Below the pieces are notes generated by a model, which saw only the letters and a list, made by a program, of their open reading frames with translations, was not told the origin of the DNA and ran no database searches. From NCBI GenBank assembly GCA_964588915.1, contig CAZPTD010000001.1, positions 2,591-66,590 on the forward strand: 64,000 nucleotides of DNA, given 5' to 3'. Positions 8,762 through 18,244 of the stretch are shown here, piece after piece. How positions within the stretch are numbered: position 1 is the stretch's first letter; each line of letters starts with the position of its first letter. The translations under genes and the position numbers were made by a program. The DNA comes from an uncultured Neomegalonema sp. (GTDB taxonomy: Bacteria; Pseudomonadota; Alphaproteobacteria; Rhodobacterales; Rhodobacteraceae).

Positions 8762-9541
8762 CTAGCGCTTGCGCAGGATGCGCGCCGCTTCCCGCCTGAC
8801 TCTCAGAAGCTCTTTCGAGAAGCGCTCGCGATTGCGTTCGAACCGCTCCGTCGGGCTCGGGATCGAAATCATCAAGGGCAGGCCGATCGGGTCGTCGACC
8901 GCGACGCCGACGGCCGAGATGCCGGCGCTGTGCTCTTGATCGTCGTAGGCGCAGCCTCGGGCGCGGCAGTCGTCGATCTCCGCCCAGAAGCGCTCGGGAT
9001 CGGGACGCGGCCAGTCCGTGAAGTCGCGCAGGCTCCGTTGCAGAACCGCTTCGGCGTGCGGCCGGTCGAGCATCGCCAGCAGCGCCTTGCCGGGCGCGGT
9101 GACGAAGAGCGGAAAGCGCTCGCCGACCGCCGACATGGCGACGAGGCGCTGGCGGCCTGTCGCCTGGTCCACGAACACCGCCGCGCCGCCCTGGAGCGTC
9201 GAGACGTCGACCGTCTCGCGCAGGCGGGCGCTGAGCCCGGTGATGATCGGCCGGATCCGCTTCGCCGAGTCGTACTCCGCCGCGCCGGCGAGCCGGAGCA
9301 GCATCGGCCCGAGACGCACGCCGCCGCGCGGCGACGCCGGGATCAGGAAGCCCTCGCTCTTGAGCGCGTCGACGATCCTTTGGACCGACGAGCGCGGCAG
9401 CGACAGCGCCTTGGCGATGGCGCCGAGGCTGAGGCCTTCGGGCGCCCGCTCCACCGCGCGCAGGACCGACGCCGCGCGCGCGATCGTCTGAACGCTCGAA
9501 TCGGCCGGAAGCCGCGCCGGCGATGTGCCGTCCTTACTCAT
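8762..9541 (-). CDS. IclR-family transcriptional regulator
   Basis: 259 aa. N-terminal HTH (LSLGAIAKALSLPRSSVQRIVDALKSEGFL) plus a C-terminal IclR effector-domain-like region. Confidence 0.9.
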   Translation of the reverse strand: MSKDGTSPARLPADSSVQTIARAASVLRAVERAPEGLSLGAIAKALSLPRSSVQRIVDALKSEGFLIPASPRGGVRLGPMLLRLAGAAEYDSAKRIRPIITGLSARLRETVDVSTLQGGAAVFVDQATGRQRLVAMSAVGERFPLFVTAPGKALLAMLDRPHAEAVLQRSLRDFTDWPRPDPERFWAEIDDCRARGCAYDDQEHSAGISAVGVAVDDPIGLPLMISIPSPTERFERNRERFSKELLRVRREAARILRKR

Positions 9542-9790
9542 CCATCTCGCCGGATTCGCCGCGCCGCGCTCGGGCTTGTACCGCCATACGGTTCACCGCC
9601 TTTCATGCTGCGCCGCACGCTCGCGCCATGATCGCCGGTGCCCCGCGCAATAAATGTTCAATGGCTCAGGTGTTTGCGCACTGAACAACATGCTCGCCTC
9701 GATTTCTCGCCGATCAGCGTTGACGAACGAAAACGCCTTTGCGCCTAATGTGCTGCATAACGATACAAAGAAATCAAGGGAGGATCCGCG

Positions 9791-10630
9791 GTGACCGTCA
9801 CCATTCGCGGCATCGAATTCCAGGCCAACGACGACAACGCCATGGGCCTCGAATTCTACAACCTCAGCCACCGCTACGGCTTCCAGTGCCCGAACTGGCC
9901 CTATTTCCGCGACGTTCAGATCGAGCGCATGCACTACATGGCGAAGTCCGGCGTGCTCAGCCAGACGATCACCACGACGATGCATGTGACGACGCATATC
10001 GACGCGCCGGCGCATGTGGTCCAGGGCGCGCCCTTCATCGACGAAGTGCCGCTGCCGCATTTCTTCGGAACGGGCCTCGTCGTGCCGATCCCGAAGGACA
10101 AATGGGAGCCGATCACCGGCGACGATCTCGAGCGCGCCTGCGGCCACGCGATCCGTAAGAACGACGTCCTGATCATCAACACCGGCTGGCACAAGCTCTA
10201 TGACGACGGCGACTATTTTCCGTACTGCCCGGGCCTCGTGCCGTCGGCCGCGGACTGGATGATCGAGAAGGGCGTCAAGGTCGTCGGCCACGACACCCAG
10301 GCCAACGACCATCCGCTCGCCACCGCGATCGGACCGCATCGCAACGGCCCGCTGCTGCCGCATCTCGCCGAGGAGTTCCTCGAATGGTCGGGCGGCGTGC
10401 CCTGGGACCAGGCGCATCCGGAATGGGAGCCGGTGCACAACAAGCTCTTCCGGGCCGGCATCCTCGGCATCGAAAATGTCGGCGGCGACCTCGACGCGGT
10501 CACCGGCAAACGCGTCACCTTCGCCTTCTTCCCGTGGAACTGGGACCGCGGCGACGGCTGCATCGTCCGGCTGGTCGCGATGATCGACAAGGGCCAGCAA
10601 TACCGGATCGAAGCCGGGGAGGCGTTCTGA
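9791..10630 (+). CDS. Cyclase-family (kynurenine-formamidase/isatin-hydrolase-like) metal-dependent hydrolase
   Basis: 279 aa, GTG start with GGGAGG 8 nt upstream. Cyclase motif HVTTHIDAPAH. Confidence 0.85.
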   Translation: MTVTIRGIEFQANDDNAMGLEFYNLSHRYGFQCPNWPYFRDVQIERMHYMAKSGVLSQTITTTMHVTTHIDAPAHVVQGAPFIDEVPLPHFFGTGLVVPIPKDKWEPITGDDLERACGHAIRKNDVLIINTGWHKLYDDGDYFPYCPGLVPSAADWMIEKGVKVVGHDTQANDHPLATAIGPHRNGPLLPHLAEEFLEWSGGVPWDQAHPEWEPVHNKLFRAGILGIENVGGDLDAVTGKRVTFAFFPWNWDRGDGCIVRLVAMIDKGQQYRIEAGEAF

Positions 10631-10977
10631 TGCGGGTGAAACGCTGGGGCGAGGCCGAGCCCTATCAGGCGCCCAACCACTGGGACATGCGCTCGCTTCG
10701 GCTCCAGGGCTTCGAGGAGGGCGGGCCGAAGGGCTTCTGGGTCGGCTGCTCGCATTTCCTGCCGGGCGGCGGCGCCGGGCCGGACAGCTCGCCCTTGGAG
10801 AAGGTCTATGTGATCCTCGAAGGCGAGCTGACGGTGGAGGCGGAGGGCGAGATGGTGGCGCTCGGACCGATGGATTCGGTCACGATCGGCGCGCATGTCG
10901 AGCGCCGCGTCGAGAACAAGGGCAACGACGTCTGCACCATGCTCGTCGTGATGCCCTATCCGGAGAGCGCGTCATGA
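10630..10977 (+). CDS. Small cupin-domain protein
   Basis: Last 115 codons of ORF 10384..10977. The ATG overlaps the cyclase stop (ATGA). Cupin beta-barrel pattern: EKVYVILEGELTVEAEGEMVALGPMDSVTIGAHVERRVEN. Confidence 0.8.
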   Translation: MRVKRWGEAEPYQAPNHWDMRSLRLQGFEEGGPKGFWVGCSHFLPGGGAGPDSSPLEKVYVILEGELTVEAEGEMVALGPMDSVTIGAHVERRVENKGNDVCTMLVVMPYPESAS

Positions 10978-11771
10978 GCGCGCTCGCCGATCCGCTGTCG
11001 CTCTTCGACGTCAAGGGCCGCTCGGCGCTCGTCGTCGGCGCGTCCGGCGCCTTCGGCGCGGTGGCGGCCGAGGTTCTCGCCGGCGCCGGCTGCAAGGTGA
11101 CGCTCGCCGCGGGCAACGAAGAGGCCCTGGCGGAGATCGAGCGGAAGTGCCGCGCGACGGGCGCCGAGACCGCGACGGTCAACGCGCGGCCGTCGGACGC
11201 GGCGAGCGTCGAGCGCATCGTCGAGGCGGCGGTCGCCGCGCATGGCGAGCTCGACATCCTGGTCGCCGCCTCCGGGATCAACAAGGTCGCGCTCATCGGC
11301 GACATGGCGCCGGAGACCTTCGAGGAGGTCATGGACGTCAACGTCACGCAGTCCTGGCTCCTGGCCCGCGCGGCGGCGGCGCGCATGAAGACGCAAGGGA
11401 AGGGCGGCAAGATCGTGCTGATGAGCTCGGCGCGCGGGCTTCTCGGTCATCCGGCCGGCTACACCGCCTATTGCGCCTCGAAATCGGCGATCGACGGCGT
11501 GGTCAAGGCGCTCGGCTGCGAGCTCGGGCCGACCGGGATCACGGTCAACGCCATCGCGCCGACGGTGTTCCGCTCGCCGCTGACGGAGTGGATGTTCGGC
11601 GAGGACGAGAAGGCGAAGGCGGTTCGGGCGGCGTTTCTCGCGCGGGTCCCGAAAGGACGGCTCGGCGAGCCGGAAGACCTCGCCGGGCCGCTGCTGTTTC
11701 TCGCCTCGAAGGCCTCGGACTTCTACACCGGCCACATTCTTTACGCCGATGGCGGCTATACGGCGGGCTGA
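10974..11771 (+). CDS. SDR-family oxidoreductase
   Basis: 265 aa. ATGA overlap with the cupin stop. Motifs: ALVVGASGAFG and Y-x3-K in YCASKSA. Confidence 0.9.
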   Translation: MSALADPLSLFDVKGRSALVVGASGAFGAVAAEVLAGAGCKVTLAAGNEEALAEIERKCRATGAETATVNARPSDAASVERIVEAAVAAHGELDILVAASGINKVALIGDMAPETFEEVMDVNVTQSWLLARAAAARMKTQGKGGKIVLMSSARGLLGHPAGYTAYCASKSAIDGVVKALGCELGPTGITVNAIAPTVFRSPLTEWMFGEDEKAKAVRAAFLARVPKGRLGEPEDLAGPLLFLASKASDFYTGHILYADGGYTAG

Positions 11772-11774
11772 GCG

Positions 11775-12701
11775 ATGGTGAGCAAGGTCGCAGTCATCGG
11801 CGCCGGATTGATGGGCCACGGGATCGCGCTGAGCTTCGCGCGCTCCGGCCGTCCGGTGAAGGTGCAGGATCCGATCCCGGAAGCGCGCGCGGCGCTCGCC
11901 GGCCGCGTCGAGGAGAGCATGACGGCGCTCGGCTGCGATCGCGCCGAGATCGACGCCGCGCTGCCGAGAATCTCCGCGCACGCCGAAATCGCCGAGGCGG
12001 TCGCCGACGCCGATCTCGTCATCGAGGCGGCGCCGGAGAAGCCGGCGCTCAAGCAAGCGATCTTCGCCGCGGTCGAGGCGGTCGCGCCTGCGGACGCGAT
12101 CTTCGCCTCGAACACCTCCGTGATCCCGATCACCACGATCATGGGCGGCCTCGAGCGCCGCGAGCGCGCGCTCGGCGCCCATTGGTGGAACCCGCCGCAT
12201 ATGATCCCGCTGGTCGAGGTGATCCGCACCGAATGGACCGATCCGGCGGTGATGGACCGCGTCGTCGCCCTTTTGACGGAGATCGGCAAGACGCCGGCGC
12301 GGGTCGAGAAGGACGTCGCCGGCTTCATCGGCAACCGCCTGCAGCACGCGATGTGGCGCGAGGCGATCAATCTCGTCGAGCAGGGCGTCTGCGACGCCGA
12401 GACGGTCGACGCGGTGGTCAAGGCGAGCTTCGGACGCCGCCTCGCCGTGCTCGGGCCGATCGAGAACGCCGATCTCGTCGGAACCGATCTCACGCTCGAC
12501 ATCCACACCGAGCTTTTCGCCGCCCTCGACAACCGCCCGACGCCCTCGCCCTATCTCGCCCGCCTCGCGGCGGAAGGACGGCTCGGCATGAAGACGGGCG
12601 AAGGGTTCCGCATATGGACCGAGGCCGAGGCGAAGGCGGTGCGCGCGCGCGTCGCCGCGCATCTGCGGCGTCTCGAGCAGATTCTATCGGAAGAGCCCTG
12701 A
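11775..12701 (+). CDS. 3-hydroxyacyl-CoA dehydrogenase-family protein (lambda-crystallin / L-carnitine dehydrogenase-like branch)
   Basis: 308 aa. Motifs: VAVIGAGLMGHGIA Rossmann motif, HWWNPPHMIPLVEV, GFIGNRLQHAMWREA. Confidence 0.88.
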   Translation: MVSKVAVIGAGLMGHGIALSFARSGRPVKVQDPIPEARAALAGRVEESMTALGCDRAEIDAALPRISAHAEIAEAVADADLVIEAAPEKPALKQAIFAAVEAVAPADAIFASNTSVIPITTIMGGLERRERALGAHWWNPPHMIPLVEVIRTEWTDPAVMDRVVALLTEIGKTPARVEKDVAGFIGNRLQHAMWREAINLVEQGVCDAETVDAVVKASFGRRLAVLGPIENADLVGTDLTLDIHTELFAALDNRPTPSPYLARLAAEGRLGMKTGEGFRIWTEAEAKAVRARVAAHLRRLEQILSEEP

Positions 12702-12766
12702 ACCGAGCAAAGAAGCGGCGCCGAAGACGCCGCGACGCTCAGGGCGAGATATTGGGAGGAGTGACG

Positions 12767-14044
12767 ATGCCTAGGACTGGATCGATTTCGCGCCGCCGCC
12801 TGCTGCAGACAGGCGCCGCCGCCGCGCTCGCCGCGCCGGTGATCTGGCGACCCGGCCGCGCCTACGCCGCCGGCCGTCCGATCAAGATCGGCCATGTCAG
12901 CCCGCGCACCGGCCCGCTCGCCGGCTTCGCCGAGGCGGACGAGTTCGTCCTCGCCGGCATCCAAGAGGCGGTCGGCGCCGGGATCGACCGCAATGGCGAG
13001 ACGATCGAGATCGAGATCATCTCGAAGGACAGCCAGTCCAATCCGAACCGCGCCGCGGAAGTCGCGGCGGATCTCATCCTCGGCGACGAGGTCGACTTGA
13101 TCGTCGCCGCCTCGACGCCGGACACGACCAACCCGGTCGCCGACCAAGCCGAGATCAACGAGACGCCCTGCGTCACCACCGACTGTCCGTGGCAGCCTTA
13201 CTTCTTCGGCCGTTCCGGCGATCCGGAGCGCGGCTTCGACTGGACCTACCACTTTTTCTGGGGCCTCGAGGACGTGATCGCCTCGTTCCTCGATCTCTGG
13301 CAGGCCTCGGGCGCGGCGAAAAATGTCGGCGGCCTCTTCCCGAACGACGCCGACGGCAACGCCTGGGGCGATCCGGTCGTCGGCTTTCCGCCGGCGCTGG
13401 AGGCGGGCGGCTTCTCGCTCACGGATCCCGGCCGCTATCAGCCGCTCAGCGACGACTTCACGGCGCAGATCTCGGCGTTCAAGGACGCCGGCGTCGAGAT
13501 CGTCACCGGCAACATGATCCCGCCCGACTTCGCGACCTTCTGGTCGCAGGCGGCGCAGCAAGGCTTCCAACCGAAGGTGGTCACCGTCGGCAAGGCGCTC
13601 CTCTTCCCGTCGGTGATCGAGAGCCTCGGCGACCGCGGCGACGGGCTGACGACCGAGATCTGGTGGACGCCGAGCCATCCCTTCTCGTCCTCGCTCACCG
13701 GCGCCAGCGCCGGCGAGGTCACCGACGCCTACAGCGCCGCGACCGGCCGGCCCTGGACGCAGCCCATCGGCTTCAAGCATGCGCTCTTCGAGGTGGCGCT
13801 CGACGTGCTCGGCCGCGCCGAGGATATCGAGCCCGATGCGATCCTCGACGCGATCGTCGCCACCGACATCCAGACGATCGTCGGCCCGGTCTCCTGGGGC
13901 GCCGGGCCGGTGAAGAACGTCACCAAGACGCCGCTCGTCGCCGGTCAATGGCAGCAGTCGGGCGACGGCTTCGACCTCGTCGTCACCGCCAACGCCAACG
14001 CGCCGGAGATCCCGATCGGCGGCGAACTCAAGCTCCTCGGCTGA
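12767..14044 (+). CDS. ABC transporter substrate-binding protein (Liv/branched-chain-amino-acid type), Tat-like signal
   Basis: Last 425 codons of ORF 11147..14044. The ATG at 12767 follows GGGAGGAG. Signal MPRTGSISRRRLLQTGAAAALAAPVIW. Periplasmic binding-protein type-1 features. Confidence 0.88.
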   Translation: MPRTGSISRRRLLQTGAAAALAAPVIWRPGRAYAAGRPIKIGHVSPRTGPLAGFAEADEFVLAGIQEAVGAGIDRNGETIEIEIISKDSQSNPNRAAEVAADLILGDEVDLIVAASTPDTTNPVADQAEINETPCVTTDCPWQPYFFGRSGDPERGFDWTYHFFWGLEDVIASFLDLWQASGAAKNVGGLFPNDADGNAWGDPVVGFPPALEAGGFSLTDPGRYQPLSDDFTAQISAFKDAGVEIVTGNMIPPDFATFWSQAAQQGFQPKVVTVGKALLFPSVIESLGDRGDGLTTEIWWTPSHPFSSSLTGASAGEVTDAYSAATGRPWTQPIGFKHALFEVALDVLGRAEDIEPDAILDAIVATDIQTIVGPVSWGAGPVKNVTKTPLVAGQWQQSGDGFDLVVTANANAPEIPIGGELKLLG

Positions 14045-14053
14045 TCCCGGCCG

Positions 14054-14779
14054 ATGAGCGCCCTCGCCGTTCGCGACGTGTCGAAACGTTTCGGCGCCCT
14101 GGTGGTCGCCGAGGCGCTCAGTTTCGATCTCGCCGACGGCGAGGCCCTCGGCGTCATCGGACCGAACGGCGCCGGCAAGACGACGATGTTCAACCTCGTC
14201 GCCGGCGCTCTCAAGCCCGACGCCGGCCGCGTCGAGCTCCTCGGCCGCGACGTCACCGCCTTGCCGGCGACCGCGCGCTGCCGGCTCGGGCTCGGACGAA
14301 CGTTCCAGGTGCCGCATCCCTTCGAAGGGATGACGGTGTTCGAGAACGCGCTCGTCGGCGCTTACTTCGGCTCCGAGTCCACGCCGGACGCGCCGGAGGA
14401 CGAGGCCTGGCGCGCGCTCGGCCTCGCCGGTCTGACGGCCAAGGCCAACACCCGCGCCGGCGCGCTCACCTTGCTCGAGCGCAAGCGCCTCGAGCTTGCC
14501 CGGGCGCTCGCCTCCGGGCCGAAGATCCTGCTCCTCGACGAGATCGCCGGCGGCCTGACGGAGGGCGAATGCGGCGCGCTCATCGAAGCGATCAAGAGCA
14601 TCCGCGCGAGCGGCGTCTCGATCGTCTGGATCGAGCACATCGTCCACGCGCTGCTCGCGGTCGTCGACCGGCTGATCGTGCTCGATCAGGGCCGCATCGT
14701 CGGCGAGGGCGAGCCGCGCGCGGTGATGGCGTCGGAGACGGTGCGCGAGATCTATATGGGCGCGGATCCCGATGCCTGA
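14054..14779 (+). CDS. ABC transporter ATP-binding protein (LivG-like)
   Basis: Walker A GPNGAGKTT and Walker B LLLDEIAGGL. Confidence 0.92.
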   Translation: MSALAVRDVSKRFGALVVAEALSFDLADGEALGVIGPNGAGKTTMFNLVAGALKPDAGRVELLGRDVTALPATARCRLGLGRTFQVPHPFEGMTVFENALVGAYFGSESTPDAPEDEAWRALGLAGLTAKANTRAGALTLLERKRLELARALASGPKILLLDEIAGGLTEGECGALIEAIKSIRASGVSIVWIEHIVHALLAVVDRLIVLDQGRIVGEGEPRAVMASETVREIYMGADPDA

Positions 14780-15476
14780 GCCGATCCTCGAGATCACGGG
14801 CCTCGACGCCTTCTACGGCGACTTCCAGGCGCTTTTCGGCGTCGACCTGACGCTCGGCGCCCGCGAGACCTTGGCGATCATCGGCGCCAACGGCGCCGGC
14901 AAGTCGACCTTGATGAAGAGCGTCATGGGCCTCGTCCGCAACCGCCCTGACGCGATCCGGCTCCGCGGCGCGCCGGTCGGCGAGACGCCGGCCTATGCGA
15001 TCGCCGCCGAAGGCGTCGCGCTCGTGCCGGAGGGAAGGCGGCTCTTCCGCTCGCTCTCGGTCGAGGAGAACCTCGTCATCGGCGGCCGGCTCGGCCGGCC
15101 CGGGCCTTGGTCGCTCGACCGGATCTACGCGCTCTTTCCGGCGCTGGCCGAACGGCGGCGCAACCCGGCCGAGGCGCTTTCGGGCGGCCAACGGCAGATG
15201 GTCGCGATCGGCCGCGCGCTGATGTCGAACCCTGAGATCCTGATGATCGACGAGGCCTCGCTCGGCCTGGCGCCGGTCGTCGTCAAGGACATCTACGCCA
15301 GCCTTGCGCAGATCCGCGGCGAAGGCGCGTCGATCATCGTCGTCGAGCAGGACATCGCCCAGGCGATGGCGGTCGCGGACCGCGTCTACTGCCTGCAGGA
15401 GGGCCGCGTCTCGCTCGAAGGGCGACCCGACGCCCTCGGGCGCGACGCGATCCATCACGCCTATTTCGGAGCCTGA
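14772..15476 (+). CDS. ABC transporter ATP-binding protein (LivF-like)
   Basis: GANGAGKST, LSGGQRQMVAIGRAL, LMIDEASLGL. Overlaps the upstream gene by 8 nt. Confidence 0.92.
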   Translation: MPEPILEITGLDAFYGDFQALFGVDLTLGARETLAIIGANGAGKSTLMKSVMGLVRNRPDAIRLRGAPVGETPAYAIAAEGVALVPEGRRLFRSLSVEENLVIGGRLGRPGPWSLDRIYALFPALAERRRNPAEALSGGQRQMVAIGRALMSNPEILMIDEASLGLAPVVVKDIYASLAQIRGEGASIIVVEQDIAQAMAVADRVYCLQEGRVSLEGRPDALGRDAIHHAYFGA

Positions 15477-15478
15477 GC

Positions 15479-16345
15479 ATGGAGTGGGTGAACGCGATCG
15501 CGCAAGGCGTGCTCCTCGGCGGGCTCTACGGCCTCTTCGCCGCCGGGCTCAGCCTCATCTTCGGCGTCATGCGGCTGGTCAACATCGCCCATGGCGACCT
15601 CATCGTGCTCTCGGCCTTCATCGCCTTCGCGACCGTCGACGCGCTTGAGATCCATCCGCTGCTGAGCCTCGTCGTCGCCGTGCCGGCGATGGCCGTCCTC
15701 GGCTACGGGCTCCAGCGCTGGGTGCTCAATCGCACGCTCGGCAAGGACATCCTGCCGCCGCTGCTCGTCACCTTCGGCCTCAGCGTGATCATCCAGAACG
15801 CGCTTCTCGAGACCTTCTCGGCCGACAGCCGCAAGCTCAACGCCGGCGCGCTGGAGACGGCGTCGGTCGAGATCGCCGAAGGGCTCGCGCTCGGCGTGCT
15901 GCCGCTCCTGATGTTCGCGACCGCGGTCGTTCTCGTCGCCGGCCTGCAGCAGGTGTTCTACCGCACCGATCTCGGCCGCGCCTTCCGCGCCGTCTCGGAC
16001 GACTCGGAGATCGCGCAGGTCATGGGCCTCGACAACCGCAAGGTCTACGCGAAGGCGATGGCGCTCGCCCTCGCCATCGTCGCGGTCGCCGGCGTCTTCC
16101 TGGCGATGCGCACCAACATCGACCCGTCGAGCGGCCCGGCGCGGCTGATCTTCGGCTTCGAGGCGGTGATCATCGGCGGGCTCGGCAATCTCTGGGGCAC
16201 GCTGCTCGGCGGCGTCATCCTCGGCGTCGCGCAGACGATCGGCGCGCAGATCGATCCGGGCTGGCAGCTCCTGGCCGGCCATCTCGTCTTCCTGATCGTG
16301 CTCGCGATCCGGCCCCAGGGCCTGATGCCGAAGATGGACGACTAA
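15479..16345 (+). CDS. Branched-chain-type ABC permease (LivH-like)
   Basis: 288 aa, hydrophobic, with a LivH-like N-terminus (GVLLGGLYGLFAAGLSLIFGVMRLVNIAHGD). Confidence 0.9.
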   Translation: MEWVNAIAQGVLLGGLYGLFAAGLSLIFGVMRLVNIAHGDLIVLSAFIAFATVDALEIHPLLSLVVAVPAMAVLGYGLQRWVLNRTLGKDILPPLLVTFGLSVIIQNALLETFSADSRKLNAGALETASVEIAEGLALGVLPLLMFATAVVLVAGLQQVFYRTDLGRAFRAVSDDSEIAQVMGLDNRKVYAKAMALALAIVAVAGVFLAMRTNIDPSSGPARLIFGFEAVIIGGLGNLWGTLLGGVILGVAQTIGAQIDPGWQLLAGHLVFLIVLAIRPQGLMPKMDD

Positions 16346-16362
16346 GATGGTGGAGGGCTGAA

Positions 16363-17373
16363 ATGGCGATCCGGGTTCAACGCGCCACGACGGCGAGCCG
16401 GATCGGCGTGGTTCTGCTCGCGCTCGCGGTCGCCGCGCTGATCGCGGCGCCCTGGTGGGCGACGCGCGCCGATCTCCGGCTGATGGGCGAGATCTACGCC
16501 TATGTCGTGCTCGCCAGCCTCTGGAACCTGATGGCCGGCTACGCCGGTCTCGTCTCGGTCGGGCAGCAGGCCTATGTCGGCCTCGGCGGCTACATGCTCT
16601 TCGCCCTTTCGATCTTCGCCGGCCTGCCGCCGCTCGTCGCGGTCCTCCTCGCCGGCGTGATCGCGGCTGTGATCGCCATTCCGTCGGCGCTGCTCCTGTT
16701 CAGGCTCCGCGGCGCCTATTTCGCCATCGGCTCCTGGGTGCTCGCCGAGGTCGCCCGCCTCTCCTTCGCCCAGGTCTCGGCGCTCGGCGGCGGCTCGGGC
16801 AGCTCGCTGCCGACCGACATCGTGCGCTCGATCGCCGAGGATCGCGCCGGACGCGAGGCGACCGTCTACTGGGCGGCGCTCGCGCTCGTCGTCCTCGTGA
16901 TCGGCTGCATCTATCTCCTCTTGCGCTCGCGCCACGGCCTGGCGCTCACCGCGATCCGCGACAACGAGCGCGCCTCGGAGAGCCTCGGCGTCCGGATCAA
17001 CCGCGCCAAGCTCGCCGTCTACGTGGTCGCGGCGGCCGGGACCGGCGTCGCCGGCGCGCTGATCTTTCTCAACAAGCTGCGCATCTCGCCGGACGCGGCC
17101 TTCAGCGTCAACGACTGGACCGCCTTCGTCATCTTCATCGCCGTGATCGGCGGCGTCGGACGGATCGAAGGCCCGATCGTCGGCGCGGTCGTCTTCTTCG
17201 CGCTGCGCGAGGCGCTGGCCGACTACGGCGCGCTCTATCTCATCGCGCTCGGCCTCGTCGCGATCCTGATCATGCTCTTCGCGCCGCAAGGCCTCTGGGG
17301 CTGGATCGCCGAGCGCTTCGGCCTCCAGGTCTTTCCGCTGCAGCGACGCGTCGTCGAAGCCCGAGAAACGTGA
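16363..17373 (+). CDS. Branched-chain-type ABC permease (LivM-like)
   Basis: 336 aa, hydrophobic. GYAGLVSVGQQAYVGLGGY and IRDNERASESLGV are typical of LivM. Confidence 0.9.
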   Translation: MAIRVQRATTASRIGVVLLALAVAALIAAPWWATRADLRLMGEIYAYVVLASLWNLMAGYAGLVSVGQQAYVGLGGYMLFALSIFAGLPPLVAVLLAGVIAAVIAIPSALLLFRLRGAYFAIGSWVLAEVARLSFAQVSALGGGSGSSLPTDIVRSIAEDRAGREATVYWAALALVVLVIGCIYLLLRSRHGLALTAIRDNERASESLGVRINRAKLAVYVVAAAGTGVAGALIFLNKLRISPDAAFSVNDWTAFVIFIAVIGGVGRIEGPIVGAVVFFALREALADYGALYLIALGLVAILIMLFAPQGLWGWIAERFGLQVFPLQRRVVEARET

Positions 17374-17383
17374 GGAGCGCGCA

Positions 17384-17857
17384 GTGGGGCGCAAACGCGC
17401 CAAAATCGCCATCACCGGCGCCATCCGCACGCCGACCATGTCGGACGCGCCGCCCTTCGCGCCCGAGGACATCGCATCGGGCCGCCTCCTCGCTTTTCTC
17501 GAAGCGAGCGGAAAGATGCTCGAGACCATGATCGTCTTCACTTCGGATCATGGCGATGATCTCGGCGATCGCTGGCTCGGCGAAAAGGAGCTCTTCCACG
17601 AGGTCTCCGTGCGGGCGCCGCCGACCCTCTACGATCCGCGGCCCGAGGCCGACGGGACCCGCGGCTCGGCGATCTCGGCGCGCGTCGAGGCGATCGACCT
17701 CGTGCCGACATTCATCGACGCCGCGGGCGCGCCGACGCCGACTCATCGTCTGGAGGGGCGCTCGCCGCAGCCGATCCTGCACGGATCGACGCCCGTCGAT
17801 GGGCGCGACGCCGTCTTCTCCGAGATCCCGGCGGCGCCGCGGTCCGCAGCGAGATGA
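17384..17857 (+). pseudogene. Sulfatase remnant (C-terminal core only; catalytic N-terminal part missing)
   Basis: The 157-aa ORF contains the sulfatase metal-site motif VFTSDHGDDLG and the following region, but there is no C/S-x-P-x-R segment. It abuts the LivM-like stop, so there is no room for the roughly 250 missing N-terminal codons. Confidence 0.6.
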
Positions 17858-18185
17858 AGGATCGCCCTTTCGAGCGTCTCGCGAGCCGGAAAAACCGCGT
17901 GACGATGACGGATGAGGCGGTGCGAGGCGCCCGGTCCGGAGAATCTCGGAGCGGCGTCATCATTGGCGCAATTGGCGAATGATGAAGAAGCCGAGCCGTC
18001 GTCGCCTGCAATCCTAGGACAGCGGCGCCGACGCGCTCCGGCGTCGCCTGCGTCATGCGCCGCCAAACCTCCCCGACCTGACCGCGCGGCCGCTGGCGCC
18101 GGAGATCTCGATCGAGACGCCGCTCGCCCGCCGCCGCGCGCCGGATCGATTCTGAAAAACGGTCATCAAAGGCTTGTCGGCGCGA

Positions 18186-18203
18186 TTGATAATCGTTTAT
18201 CAA
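18186..18203. promoter_or_regulatory. LacI/GalR-type palindromic operator TTGATAATCGTTTATCAA
   Basis: Perfect 7-bp arms TTGATAA/TTATCAA around a central CG. It lies about 40 nt upstream of the predicted start of the enolase-superfamily gene. 16 of 18 positions are identical to the site at 27999-28016 next to the lacI-family gene. Confidence 0.55.
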
Positions 18204-18244
18204 AATTCGGCGCGCGCTCTTGCGCCCGATCCGGAGCCGGCTCC

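Noticed and set aside
9654-9691. Inverted repeat ATGTTCA ... TGAACA(A)CAT in the iclR/cyclase divergent region, considered as a possible IclR operator.
   Set aside because: The arms are short and imperfect and the spacer is 21 nt. There is not enough to call a binding site without comparative or experimental data.
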